The notes under the pieces were generated by a model that saw only the letters and a list, made by a program, of their open reading frames with translations, was not told where the DNA came from and ran no database searches. This document shows positions 27,948-36,570 of a stretch of DNA of 64,000 nt, piece by piece. Position numbers and translations under genes: made by a program. Position 1 is the stretch's first letter, and each line of letters opens with the position of its first letter. The stretch spans positions 248,001-312,000 of IMG/VR virus record IMGVR_UViG_3300020202_000061. One strand, given 5' to 3'.

Positions 27948-28033
27948 GCCAGGATGGCTGAGTGGCCGAAAGCAGAGCCTTTGTAACGCTCCGGGGAAAC
28001 CCCACGCAGGTTCGAATCCTGTTCCTGGCTCCA
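27948..28033 (+). tRNA. tRNA-Thr(TGT) with long variable arm
   Basis: Acceptor GCCAGGA/TCCTGGC, loop TTTGTAA, variable arm GGGG-AAA-CCCC, U73, CCA. Confidence 0.87.
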
Positions 28034-28041
28034 ATATTCCC

Positions 28042-28070
28042 TTGACATATCCTAGGGTTTCTGGTAGACT
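28042..28070 (+). promoter_or_regulatory. early sigma70-like promoter
   Basis: TTGACA-TATCCTAGGGTTTCTGG-TAGACT. Confidence 0.75.
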
Positions 28071-28095
28071 CCTCTTGCAATTCAGGAGGATACCG

Positions 28096-28380
28096 ATGGT
28101 CACCGAAGCCCAACTCAACGACTTCATCGCGGGTTGCAGCCGGATTTCCGGCTCGGACTATTCCTTCTCTTTCGACAACTCCAAGGGTTCCAAGTTCGTT
28201 CGGATCGTTCGCGAGGGCGGATGCCAGCGTTCGGTCCACTGCTTCATCGACCGCCAAACCGGCGACGTGCTCAAGGCGGCGGGCTGGAAGGCCCCGGCCA
28301 AGCATGCCCGTGGCAACCTGTTCGACGCCAAGCAGGGCCTGGGCCTGATGGGTCCGTATGGCCCGGCCTATCTGAGGTAG
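28096..28380 (+). CDS. conserved phage protein
   Basis: SVHCFID..TGDVLKAAGWKAPAKHARGN; SD AGGAGG. Confidence 0.85.
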   Translation: MVTEAQLNDFIAGCSRISGSDYSFSFDNSKGSKFVRIVREGGCQRSVHCFIDRQTGDVLKAAGWKAPAKHARGNLFDAKQGLGLMGPYGPAYLR

Positions 28381-28382
28381 CC

Positions 28383-28613
28383 ATGGCCCGAACCCCCACC
28401 GATGATCAATTCAACACGGCCATTGCGTGGCTCCAGGCGAACGAAGCCGACACCAACGATGGTTACGATGAGAAGGCCGCCTGCGAGGCAGTCGCGGCGT
28501 GGCTCGACGAGTACCGGTTCAACCAGATGCTCCGGGAGAAGGCCCGCGAATTGGGCGTTCCCGTGTCGGCGGTCCGGAAGCGGATCAAGGAAATGGAAAA
28601 GGCGAAAGGATAA
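28383..28613 (+). CDS. hypothetical protein, C-terminal HTH-like
   Basis: ARELGVPVSAVRKR. Confidence 0.7.
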   Translation: MARTPTDDQFNTAIAWLQANEADTNDGYDEKAACEAVAAWLDEYRFNQMLREKARELGVPVSAVRKRIKEMEKAKG

Positions 28614-28617
28614 AGCC

Positions 28618-28788
28618 ATGTACCGGCATGAACCCGAACGCCACTACCTGAGCCAGTCCCTGGGTCTGTGGTGGGTCCGCAAAGGCGACATCAATCCGGC
28701 TCTGGAAGGGCCGTTCATGGACGCGGCGGATGCCCGCGAGCAGACGGACGAGCCCGGTCGGGTTCTGATCAACCAGGGACCGCGCTGA
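28618..28788 (+). CDS. hypothetical protein
   Basis: SD AGGA; MYRHEPERHY. Confidence 0.65.
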   Translation: MYRHEPERHYLSQSLGLWWVRKGDINPALEGPFMDAADAREQTDEPGRVLINQGPR

Positions 28789-29189
28789 TGCTGACCTGGG
28801 TCAAGAACGGCGACACCATGGAGGGCACTTTCGAGGGCCGACTCCGGTTCACTGTCCAGAAAGAGGGCAAAATCTGGACAATGTGGCGCTGGCGTTACCT
28901 GCCGGGCGGGTCAGATCGTCCAGATGGCGCTGTGTTCCAGGCCAAGGAAAAGGTCAACTCCCAGCAGGACGGCATCGAGTACGCGAATGTCTTGCACAAG
29001 AACGCCTATGGGCCGGAACGCGACAAGCAAGAGAAGGCCAAGGTGGAATTCTACGACCAGTGGGATCGGCTGCACACGGCGATCCAGAGCATGCTCTGTG
29101 CGAACGTCGAGAACATGACGGCGCGGGCTGAGAAGCTCGAACAGGAGCGGCAGGCCATGGTCAAGGTGATCAATACGAGGAAGTCATGA
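28788..29189 (+). CDS. hypothetical protein
   Basis: TGATG coupling. Confidence 0.7.
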   Translation: MLTWVKNGDTMEGTFEGRLRFTVQKEGKIWTMWRWRYLPGGSDRPDGAVFQAKEKVNSQQDGIEYANVLHKNAYGPERDKQEKAKVEFYDQWDRLHTAIQSMLCANVENMTARAEKLEQERQAMVKVINTRKS

Positions 29190-29461
29190 AGGCTGGTATG
29201 CTCAGGAATACTGCAACCGGACGGTTCCATCCGATCCTGTTCCACCCCGCGCCGTTCCCTGGCCAGACCGGTGATCTGCCCATCGGCAGCGTCATGCGTT
29301 ATCGATCCATCGGTCATCACACCGAGGGGTTTTCGACCTTGGATGAGGCACTGGCCCACGTCAAGACGACCTACCCCGGCTATACCCTGCTGGAGGGTAT
29401 CGACGAGTGGGACGGCCAGGATGTTCCGGCCTCAACCATATTCCTTCCGGTGCTCACATGA
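29186..29461 (+). CDS. hypothetical protein
   Basis: RFHPI...P.PG...RY.SIGHHT.GF. Confidence 0.75.
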   Translation: MKAGMLRNTATGRFHPILFHPAPFPGQTGDLPIGSVMRYRSIGHHTEGFSTLDEALAHVKTTYPGYTLLEGIDEWDGQDVPASTIFLPVLT

Positions 29462-29784
29462 CTGGCATTCTGGTGATGGACCCCAAGTTCCCCCTGGGAC
29501 AGCTTGTCTGGACCAGAGCGGTGAACGAGCGAATCGCGAACATCGCAGAGTTCGCCGCGTTCGTCCTGGTGGCGTTGCAACGTCACGCCCACGCGGATTG
29601 GGGCGACATGGACGCCGAGGACAAGCAGAGCAACGACGAAGCTCTGGCGGCTGGAGATTTGCGCATTTTCAGCAGCTACAAGCTGCCGGAATCGCTGGCC
29701 GCCGAAAGCCCGGACAAACAGGTCTGGGTGATCACCGAGGCCGACCACAGCGTGACCACCGTGCTGTTTCCCTCGGATTACTGA
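29458..29784 (+). CDS. conserved plasmid/phage mobile-element protein
   Basis: L.RH...DWGD...ED...N...S.Y...VWVITEAD.S.TTVLFPSDY. Confidence 0.8.
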   Translation: MTGILVMDPKFPLGQLVWTRAVNERIANIAEFAAFVLVALQRHAHADWGDMDAEDKQSNDEALAAGDLRIFSSYKLPESLAAESPDKQVWVITEADHSVTTVLFPSDY

Positions 29785-29785
29785 C

Positions 29786-30046
29786 GTGAACCATCTGACC
29801 GAACGCGATCTGGAAGTGCTTGGCGAACTGGAGGCGGCTTGTCGCAACTACCAGCAGGTGACCGGTGAGGATTGGGTTCAGCCGATAGACTGCGGAGGTA
29901 CGAACAGTTCCCACCACTCCTACACCCTGTCCAAGCTGGTCCGGAAGGGGCTGGCCGAGCGCCGCCGCCGGGGTGGCTACTCCAGAGGGTCCTGGTCCTA
30001 CCGGATCAACGATGCAGGTCGTCAACGATTGCAGGAGGTAAAGTGA
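29786..30046 (+). CDS. winged-helix protein
   Basis: LT.R....L, HS..L.KL.RKGL.E, YRIN.AG. Confidence 0.7.
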   Translation: MNHLTERDLEVLGELEAACRNYQQVTGEDWVQPIDCGGTNSSHHSYTLSKLVRKGLAERRRRGGYSRGSWSYRINDAGRQRLQEVK

Positions 30047-30489
30047 CCAAGTTTCCGTTTCAGTTCGATGACGGCGGCCGAGCCGCCGCCGGATATAAGG
30101 GGCAGACCGGTGACTGCGTGACCCGGTCCATCGCCATCGTCACGGGCCTGCCCTATCAGGAGGTCTACGATCTGGTGAACGAGCACGCCCAGGGCGAGCG
30201 CCGTGGCCGTCGCAAGAAGGGCGTCTCCCGCGCCCGCACGGGTGTCTACAAGCGCACCATCCACAAGGTGATGGAACGCTTGGGCTTCATCTGGAAACCC
30301 ACCATGGCCATCGGGACTGGCTGCACCATGCACCTGCGCCGGGATGAGCTTCCCGCGCATTCGCGCATGATCGTCTCCGTGAGCCGTCATCTGACCGCTG
30401 TGATCGACGGCGTCATCCACGACACCCATGATCCGAGCCGTGACGGCACTCGTTGCGTCTACGGGTACTGGTTCAAAACGGAGGCATGA
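30043..30489 (+). CDS. conserved phage hypothetical protein
   Basis: DGGR..AG.KG..GDCV.R.IAI...Y.EVY; H..AVIDG..HDT. Confidence 0.8.
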   Translation: MTKFPFQFDDGGRAAAGYKGQTGDCVTRSIAIVTGLPYQEVYDLVNEHAQGERRGRRKKGVSRARTGVYKRTIHKVMERLGFIWKPTMAIGTGCTMHLRRDELPAHSRMIVSVSRHLTAVIDGVIHDTHDPSRDGTRCVYGYWFKTEA

Positions 30490-30668
30490 TGGATTGGGTT
30501 CACATGGTGGTGGTCGAGGACCAATGGGGTCTGGTTCAGGCCACCCGCCGAGTCTGGCGGAGTGAGTTCCTGGCCCAGGCTTATGCCGACACCTGTGCAC
30601 CCTCCCGCAAACCCCGTGTGGTTCAGGCATTTGCGGATTCGGTAAAACCCGAGTTCATCCAGGATTAG
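30486..30668 (+). CDS. hypothetical protein
   Basis: ATGA coupling. Confidence 0.6.
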   Translation: MMDWVHMVVVEDQWGLVQATRRVWRSEFLAQAYADTCAPSRKPRVVQAFADSVKPEFIQD

Positions 30669-30720
30669 CTTGAAATCCCCGTAGCCCTGCCTAGATTCCC
30701 TCTGAACCTAAGGGGGAAAT

Positions 30721-30888
30721 ATGGATATCAACGATATTGGTCGTCGCGTTCGTTCAACCGCGATAAATGACCGCTACGGGGAAGTCGTTTCGATCTCACA
30801 TCGTGGCCACGTCTATAAGGTCCAATACGAGGATCAACCCACCAATTCTCCCATCGCTCAAGAAGAGCACGAATTCGAATTCGTCTAA
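30721..30888 (+). CDS. small SH3-like protein (55 aa)
   Basis: Manually translated MDINDIGRRVR...GEVVSI...YKVQY...EFV*; SD GGGGG. Confidence 0.65.
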   Translation: MDINDIGRRVRSTAINDRYGEVVSISHRGHVYKVQYEDQPTNSPIAQEEHEFEFV

Positions 30889-30904
30889 ACCCAGGGAGAA
30901 TCCA

Positions 30905-31852
30905 TTGTATATCGATAATCGCGTTCGCGATCCCGAGATCAGCTTTGCCTTGAACATCAACGGGGAACCCCAGACCGTCCTTACCCTGGGTGTGGACCAG
31001 GGTAAGTTCCACGTGGAAATCCCCGAAGGGGTCGAGGCCACTGAGGCGGCCAAGAATTTCCTAACCGTGCTGACGGAGATTTATCCGGCGTGGCAGACAG
31101 AGCGTCAGCCCAAGGTCAAGACCACGGACTTTCACGATCCTTGGTATGTGGGGAACGACAGTGGAATGCCTGCGAGTGCATTCTTCCTGGACGCTGAGGA
31201 CACAGTGAAGGTGATTCACCAACCGGTGAAGATTAGTGACCTTCCCAGTTTGCCCAAGGGTAATGAACTGTTCTACGTGCATTATAATCCAAATACGGAT
31301 ACCCTCTCCAAGGTTCCCACAAAGAGCCGTGAAGTTGATTTTGCTCCAGAAGAAATCAGCGATCCGGAGCAATCCCCGATTTGGTTTAATTCAACCCTGT
31401 TTGACACCACTAATTTTCAGGCGTCGGATCGAGGGGCTCAACAAACCAAAATGCTGGAGGACGCCGTCAAGGTCTATGCTCTTCATCGTCCGGCCACACT
31501 CGAACAACAAGCCGATATCGAATATTTCACGAATATCGATATCAAGCTGGAATATGGCAACGCCATCTTCGGCAAGGAATCGGTTCGTTTACCCAGCATG
31601 GACGAAGACGGAGGCGAACTCTTCTCGGATGGTGCAAAAATTGGCACCTGGGAAAAGATAACACCGGATTTCGAGTTGGAAATTCAACCGATCACTCCGG
31701 TCGTGCGCTCGGTGGAGAAACCCGTGATGACCTCTGGCCATTACATGCGACCGGAGAGCGCCAAGCGCCTAGATAGTATCATGAGCCGTTATGAGGCGGC
31801 CAACCCCAAGCCCGAGGTCACCATGACCTCCGGCACATACGAGAAGGAATAA
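30905..31852 (+). CDS. hypothetical protein
   Basis: TTG start after SD AGGGAG; ends MTSGHY...MTSGTYEKE. Confidence 0.75.
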   Translation: MYIDNRVRDPEISFALNINGEPQTVLTLGVDQGKFHVEIPEGVEATEAAKNFLTVLTEIYPAWQTERQPKVKTTDFHDPWYVGNDSGMPASAFFLDAEDTVKVIHQPVKISDLPSLPKGNELFYVHYNPNTDTLSKVPTKSREVDFAPEEISDPEQSPIWFNSTLFDTTNFQASDRGAQQTKMLEDAVKVYALHRPATLEQQADIEYFTNIDIKLEYGNAIFGKESVRLPSMDEDGGELFSDGAKIGTWEKITPDFELEIQPITPVVRSVEKPVMTSGHYMRPESAKRLDSIMSRYEAANPKPEVTMTSGTYEKE

Positions 31853-31858
31853 ATCCCA

Positions 31859-32548
31859 ATGTGGGCAATTGAAATCATGAAGGCCGATCAGGGCCTGGAT
31901 CGTTGGATCGCTATGGTCGAGGATTCTGGTGTGGCAAACCGCGCCAACCTGTATATCTTGAAGAATCCGTTCGCGTTCGAAACCCGACTCGAAGCCATGC
32001 TGGCGAGCGCCGTGATATACGGATCGGACAATGCTATTCTGGGCGAGGACATGCACCTGGAACTGGTCTCGCTGATTGACGAAGCCGAGTTGCCGCCGGA
32101 ATTCGATGAGGACGAACTCGGCCTCAGTGACGCGGTTCTGCATGACCTCGACGAGGATACCATCAGTTATACCGAGTGGTGCCAGGAACACGGCATCACC
32201 ATGGCCCAGGGCCGCACGCCGGTCACGACCAACCTGACCCCGATTGTGGAACTCGCGAAGTCCACCGCTGAGGTCCTGGAAGGAATCGCGAATACCCTGG
32301 AATCAATGCGCCTGACCGTGGCCGAGATGAAAGCGAACGAACTCAAGAAATTGTTCGTCACAGATACCGGTTCAATGACTCCGGAGCGTGCACGTGATGT
32401 TGTGAGTGTGTTCGCGGCCGAAGGACTGACTGTCACGGATACCAAGAAGGCTCAGGAGTTCCTGAATCAGGCTCGATCCAACGGAGGTTTTCTGGACCCG
32501 GTCGAGTCGCCCTCCGACACTCCATTCATGTCGAGCGGAACCTATTAG
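31859..32548 (+). CDS. acidic hypothetical protein
   Basis: Ends MSSGTY. Confidence 0.75.
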   Translation: MWAIEIMKADQGLDRWIAMVEDSGVANRANLYILKNPFAFETRLEAMLASAVIYGSDNAILGEDMHLELVSLIDEAELPPEFDEDELGLSDAVLHDLDEDTISYTEWCQEHGITMAQGRTPVTTNLTPIVELAKSTAEVLEGIANTLESMRLTVAEMKANELKKLFVTDTGSMTPERARDVVSVFAAEGLTVTDTKKAQEFLNQARSNGGFLDPVESPSDTPFMSSGTY

Positions 32549-32559
32549 TCGGAAACTTC

Positions 32560-32588
32560 TTGACACCCGAGGGGTATTCACCTAAATA
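32560..32588 (+). promoter_or_regulatory. tRNA promoter
   Basis: TTGACA-N17-TAAATA. Confidence 0.75.
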
Positions 32589-32598
32589 CCCCTCACTC

Positions 32599-32686
32599 GG
32601 AGAGTAAACCCCTGAGGTTGGGGTGCCGCCTGGAAAGCGGTCAGGACCTGAAAGGGTCTACGGTTCGAGTCCGTTGCTCTCCTCCA
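32599..32686 (+). tRNA. 8/4-fold tRNA-Ser(GGA), allo-tRNA-like
   Basis: 8-bp acceptor GGAGAGTA/TGCTCTCC, 4-bp T-stem ACGG/CCGT, long V-arm, loop CTGGAAA, U73, CCA. Confidence 0.8.
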
Positions 32687-32694
32687 AGCCTTTT

Positions 32695-32785
32695 GGAAGA
32701 TTGGCAGAGTCTGGTAATGCGCCCGCCTCGAAAGCGGTGGCCTACCTCATGGGTAGCGGGGGTTCAACTCCCTCATCTTCCGCCA
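32695..32785 (+). tRNA. tRNA-Ser(CGA)
   Basis: Class II cloverleaf, loop CTCGAAA, G73, CCA. Confidence 0.93.
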
Positions 32786-32879
32786 GCATGGCCGTTCCTG
32801 GAACCCTTGAAGTTCCGATTGGTGGCCGTCAAACCGCTCGGGAGCGGGCTGAATCTGAAAAGGACCAGCGAACACCCAT

Positions 32880-32971
32880 GGAGGGTTGACAGAAAGGCTA
32901 TTGTGCCGGTCTTGAAAACCGTGGCTGACCTCAGAAGGGTCATGGGAGTTCGAATCTCTCACCCTCCGCCA
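32880..32971 (+). tRNA. tRNA-Ser(TGA)
   Basis: Class II cloverleaf, loop CTTGAAA, G73, CCA. Confidence 0.93.
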
Positions 32972-32972
32972 A

Positions 32973-33377
32973 ATGGATCAATTCTCTATCGGCTGGCTCG
33001 CTGGAATTATTGACGGTGAAGGCACTGTCACAATTGACAAAGAATCCAATCGTTATCGCCGACCAGTCATAAGCGTATCATCTACAGACATCGAGATTTT
33101 GAACCGTATTCAGGGAATGATCGGTGGCAGTATAACTGTGAAAAATCGTGAACGAGCGCCACATCACAAACTAGCATATATGTGGAAGATGCATGGTTCT
33201 CAAAAAGTGATTGAGGTTTTGAAAATCATTGCTCCGCATATGAGTTGTCCGAAGAAAAAGAATCGAGCAAATTTCATCCTTGAGAATTACCGAACGCTAA
33301 CACCTCGTAATGGAAAATATACCGAACAAATGAGAATAGATCGTCTCCAATTTGAAGAACAGTTTTTTCATGTCTGA
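32973..33377 (+). CDS. free-standing single-motif LAGLIDADG homing endonuclease
   Basis: GWLAGIIDGEGT; AT-rich; starts 1 nt after the tRNA CCA. Confidence 0.88.
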   Translation: MDQFSIGWLAGIIDGEGTVTIDKESNRYRRPVISVSSTDIEILNRIQGMIGGSITVKNRERAPHHKLAYMWKMHGSQKVIEVLKIIAPHMSCPKKKNRANFILENYRTLTPRNGKYTEQMRIDRLQFEEQFFHV

Positions 33378-33738
33378 GTTAGGAGATCAGATAATTGCTG
33401 GCATCATTAGTGGTGTGATTACCGTTATTATATTAGGTCTTTCGAATTATCTATTTGCCACGAAGATTCATATCTACGATTGGTTATATCCATTCCCACT
33501 CGAATTCCAATTACTACAATCAATGACGTGGGATAAAATGACTCTTCCGGCCGGGCAAATCATTCGCCTTCGTCTTACTGCATGGGAATTACGCTCGATA
33601 CCTCCTGATGAATGGATTGACTTTTTACTATGGGACCCATATCTAAACCAATACAACCATCATCCTGATCTACGACATCCGGCAACATATTTCAAAACGG
33701 GATCGTTGATGAAAAGGATTGATTGGAGATTTTGTTAA
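33370..33738 (+). CDS. membrane-anchored hypothetical protein
   Basis: N-terminal TM, AT-rich. Confidence 0.7.
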   Translation: MSELGDQIIAGIISGVITVIILGLSNYLFATKIHIYDWLYPFPLEFQLLQSMTWDKMTLPAGQIIRLRLTAWELRSIPPDEWIDFLLWDPYLNQYNHHPDLRHPATYFKTGSLMKRIDWRFC

Positions 33739-34073
33739 TGCCAATCATCGTTGAAACTATAATCATCGGAATCATCGTGTTTGTGATCGGTTCGCTCATT
33801 CTGAGTGGAATCCAAGCCCTGTTCAAGAAAAAGCAATGACCTCGGTGATCCTCTTCCTGGGTCTGATCGGGATCATTTACTCGGCCGCGACTCTCATCGA
33901 CCAACCCTATCGCACGTGGTGGGGGAATCTCGTTCTGTTTGGTGTGCTCATGGGATCGCTCTGTGCGATTATCTACGGGATTTCTGGTTCGCAAAATATT
34001 CCGCATTGATCATTGACACCGGGTAACCCTGGGATTACATTTGAGACCGTAGTGTAATCCGTGGGGGAATCTA

Positions 34074-35849
34074 ATGGGTGGTTTGCTATTTCTGGCATTT
34101 GGGCTCGTTGCCCTTCTTTTGATCGGAGCATTCGCTCCGAATTTCATTCACAAAATCCTTACCAGCAAAGAATCGGAGCCGAGCAAGCTCCTGGTTCAGG
34201 CTCCGCGTGTCATCGCGTGGGGTGTGATGGTGGTGTGGGTTCTCAGTCTCTCGTTCGTGCACGTACCGATTGGTCAAGTCGGTATGTTGAACCTGATCTG
34301 GGGTGCCGAGCGTGAGCAGGGCGCGATCCTCGCTCGTAGTGGAAGTCAGCGTGGTCCGCAGACCGATCTTCTCGGACCCGGAACCAAATTCATCCCGTTC
34401 GTGCACGTGCTGTATGACGTGGAGACGGCCGATCAGTTCGTGGTGCCGGATGGCTTCTACGGCCTATTGACGGCCAAGGATGGCGCTCCGATGCCAGCGG
34501 GTCAGTATGTGGCTCCGGCCTGGAAGGAAGGCACAGAGAGCGAAATGCTCGACGCCGCCACGTTCCTCACCAAGGGCGGGATCAAGGGTCCGCAACTCTA
34601 CGTGCTGACGCCGGGTATCTACCCGCTGAACACCTACCTGTGGGACGCTCGCACCGAGGCTGCTTCCGATACCAATTCCGGAACAAGGGCCACAATCATC
34701 CCGGCTGGTTCCGTGGGTGTGGTGAAGTCGAACGTGACCGATCCCGGTATCGTCTGCAAGCAGGTCGAGGAAAAGGTGGACACAACCGTGGCCCACGATT
34801 CGAACGCGCTCTCCGCGCTACTCGTTCCGAAGGGTTGCACCGGTATCTGGAATGAAGTGCTGACGCCGGGTGCGTATTACCTGAACCGTCTCGCCTATCA
34901 GGTGACCATCGTCGATACGCGTGTTCAAACTCTCCAGTACGCTGGTGGTTACGACTCGCGCAAGATCGAACTGAATGTCGGCCTGGACGGCAAGATCGAG
35001 CAAGCCGAGTCCGCGTCCAAGATCAGCACGCCCGAAGGTGCAGCGGATTCCGCGATCAACGTGAAGGTTGGTTCCTGGGTGGTTCATCAGGACCTCAGGA
35101 TGGTGATCCAGGTCAGTCCGGAAAACGCCCCCATCGTGGTGGGTGCGGTCGGTGGACTCAAGCAGATCGAGGATTCCATCGTGACCCCGGCGGTGCAGTC
35201 GGTCGTGCGTGACGTGATGGGCGGCCTGCTGTTGTTCCCGAGCGAAACCGTCGCACGTCAGGTTGAGATCAACGATCTGATCGTGAACCGCGAATTCATC
35301 CAGAGCGTGATCGAGGATCGTATCCGCGCCGAGGGGGCCAAGGCGGGTTTGTCCGTGCGTGAGGTTCGTCTGGCCAATCCGGACATTCCGCCCGAAATGC
35401 TTCTCGGCAACAAGCGTGAGCAGCTTGCCCAGCAGATGAAGCAGGCGTTCGAGCAGGAAGAAGTTACGCAGACCCAGCGTATCAAGGTGGAGCAGGCCAA
35501 GGCCACTGCCGATCAGCAGGAATCCCTGGTGACCGCGCAGATCGGCGTGGAAGTCTCCAAGCTGACCATCAACAAGCGCACCAACGAGGGTCAGGCCGAA
35601 CAGGCTTACCTGGAAGCGCTCGCTGCGGGTCAGAAGGCCCAGGCTTTGGTCCTGGGCGAAGAGAACGTGCTGATCCTGAATATGGTCGATAAGGTCCTGG
35701 CTAGTCTCGGAAAGAACCCGGAAATCCTGGGCTCGATCAAGCTGCCCTCGACCATGGTCATGGGAGGCGGTTCGTTTGAGGGGGTGGCGGCAATCGTGAA
35801 GGACGCGCTCGGGGGAGCGCCTCGTTCCGAAGCGAAGCTGCCACAGTAA
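34074..35849 (+). CDS. SPFH/Band-7 (flotillin-like) domain protein
   Basis: 2 TM, GPQ...L.PG repeats, PAVQSVVRD, IP..., C-terminal coiled coil. Confidence 0.85.
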   Translation: MGGLLFLAFGLVALLLIGAFAPNFIHKILTSKESEPSKLLVQAPRVIAWGVMVVWVLSLSFVHVPIGQVGMLNLIWGAEREQGAILARSGSQRGPQTDLLGPGTKFIPFVHVLYDVETADQFVVPDGFYGLLTAKDGAPMPAGQYVAPAWKEGTESEMLDAATFLTKGGIKGPQLYVLTPGIYPLNTYLWDARTEAASDTNSGTRATIIPAGSVGVVKSNVTDPGIVCKQVEEKVDTTVAHDSNALSALLVPKGCTGIWNEVLTPGAYYLNRLAYQVTIVDTRVQTLQYAGGYDSRKIELNVGLDGKIEQAESASKISTPEGAADSAINVKVGSWVVHQDLRMVIQVSPENAPIVVGAVGGLKQIEDSIVTPAVQSVVRDVMGGLLLFPSETVARQVEINDLIVNREFIQSVIEDRIRAEGAKAGLSVREVRLANPDIPPEMLLGNKREQLAQQMKQAFEQEEVTQTQRIKVEQAKATADQQESLVTAQIGVEVSKLTINKRTNEGQAEQAYLEALAAGQKAQALVLGEENVLILNMVDKVLASLGKNPEILGSIKLPSTMVMGGGSFEGVAAIVKDALGGAPRSEAKLPQ

Positions 35850-35855
35850 GGGGGA

Positions 35856-35894
35856 GAGCCAGGGCGGACTGGGGGAGTCCGCTCTGGTTCCTTT
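35856..35894 (+). terminator. intrinsic terminator-like hairpin
   Basis: GAGCCAGGGCGGACT-GGGGG-AGTCCGCTCTGGTTC then CTTT. Confidence 0.6.
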
Positions 35895-35904
35895 AGAGGG
35901 AAAC

Positions 35905-36159
35905 ATGTTGAAATCCAGCCGTATTCGAATCTCATACGAGACCACCAAGGGCTATTCCGGTCGTTGGTCGCTGGATTCCAAGAATATTCGTGCAGACATT
36001 TCCGAGCCCGGTGTTGAGGCCGCACTCCAGGCTCTGGTCGAAATCACCAGGATTTTGTCCGTCGCAGGTCGAGGCACAGAGGCCGTGTCCAAGGTTAATC
36101 AAACCCATATCGAAACCAGCAACATCATTGCTTCCTATCGAAAGGCAACATCATCATGA
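35905..36159 (+). CDS. hypothetical protein
   Basis: SD GAGGG. Confidence 0.65.
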   Translation: MLKSSRIRISYETTKGYSGRWSLDSKNIRADISEPGVEAALQALVEITRILSVAGRGTEAVSKVNQTHIETSNIIASYRKATSS

Positions 36160-36389
36160 TCATGACCATTCTGGTTTGCGCTGCTGGCCTTGTGGCGGCC
36201 GATTGCCAATCGAACACTGCCAAGCGGATGTTTCCCGGCGTCGAAGTGAAAAATGAGTTAGAGTGCATGTTCGCCGGAATCCAGTATGCGGCGAGCCTCC
36301 CGGCCGTGCAGGAACTCGTCAAGGATCGAGAATACTACGTGAAGGTTCAGTGCACAGAAACAACCATAGGCATCGAAAATCATGGATGA
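36156..36389 (+). CDS. small Cys-containing protein
   Basis: ILVC....DC...C...C pattern. Confidence 0.7.
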   Translation: MIMTILVCAAGLVAADCQSNTAKRMFPGVEVKNELECMFAGIQYAASLPAVQELVKDREYYVKVQCTETTIGIENHG

Positions 36390-36570
36390 CGCATTCGGTC
36401 CACTGTTCCTACTCGGGATGATATTCACCCTAGGCGGGGCCACCCTCGGGAAGGTCGTGCTCGGATTTTCGTGGTGGGGTGGATTTGGTATTCTGGTGGC
36501 ACTCTTGGTGTTCATCGGAATGATCATCGTATTCTTGTACACCACCGCGAATAAGTCCGAAACCGATTGA
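36382..36570 (+). CDS. small 2-TM membrane protein
   Basis: Hydrophobic. Confidence 0.7.
   Translation: MDDAFGPLFLLGMIFTLGGATLGKVVLGFSWWGGFGILVALLVFIGMIIVFLYTTANKSETD

Noticed and set aside
32880-33377. Group I intron housing the LAGLIDADG gene
   Set aside because: The flanking tRNA is complete and no intron core or split exon was found.
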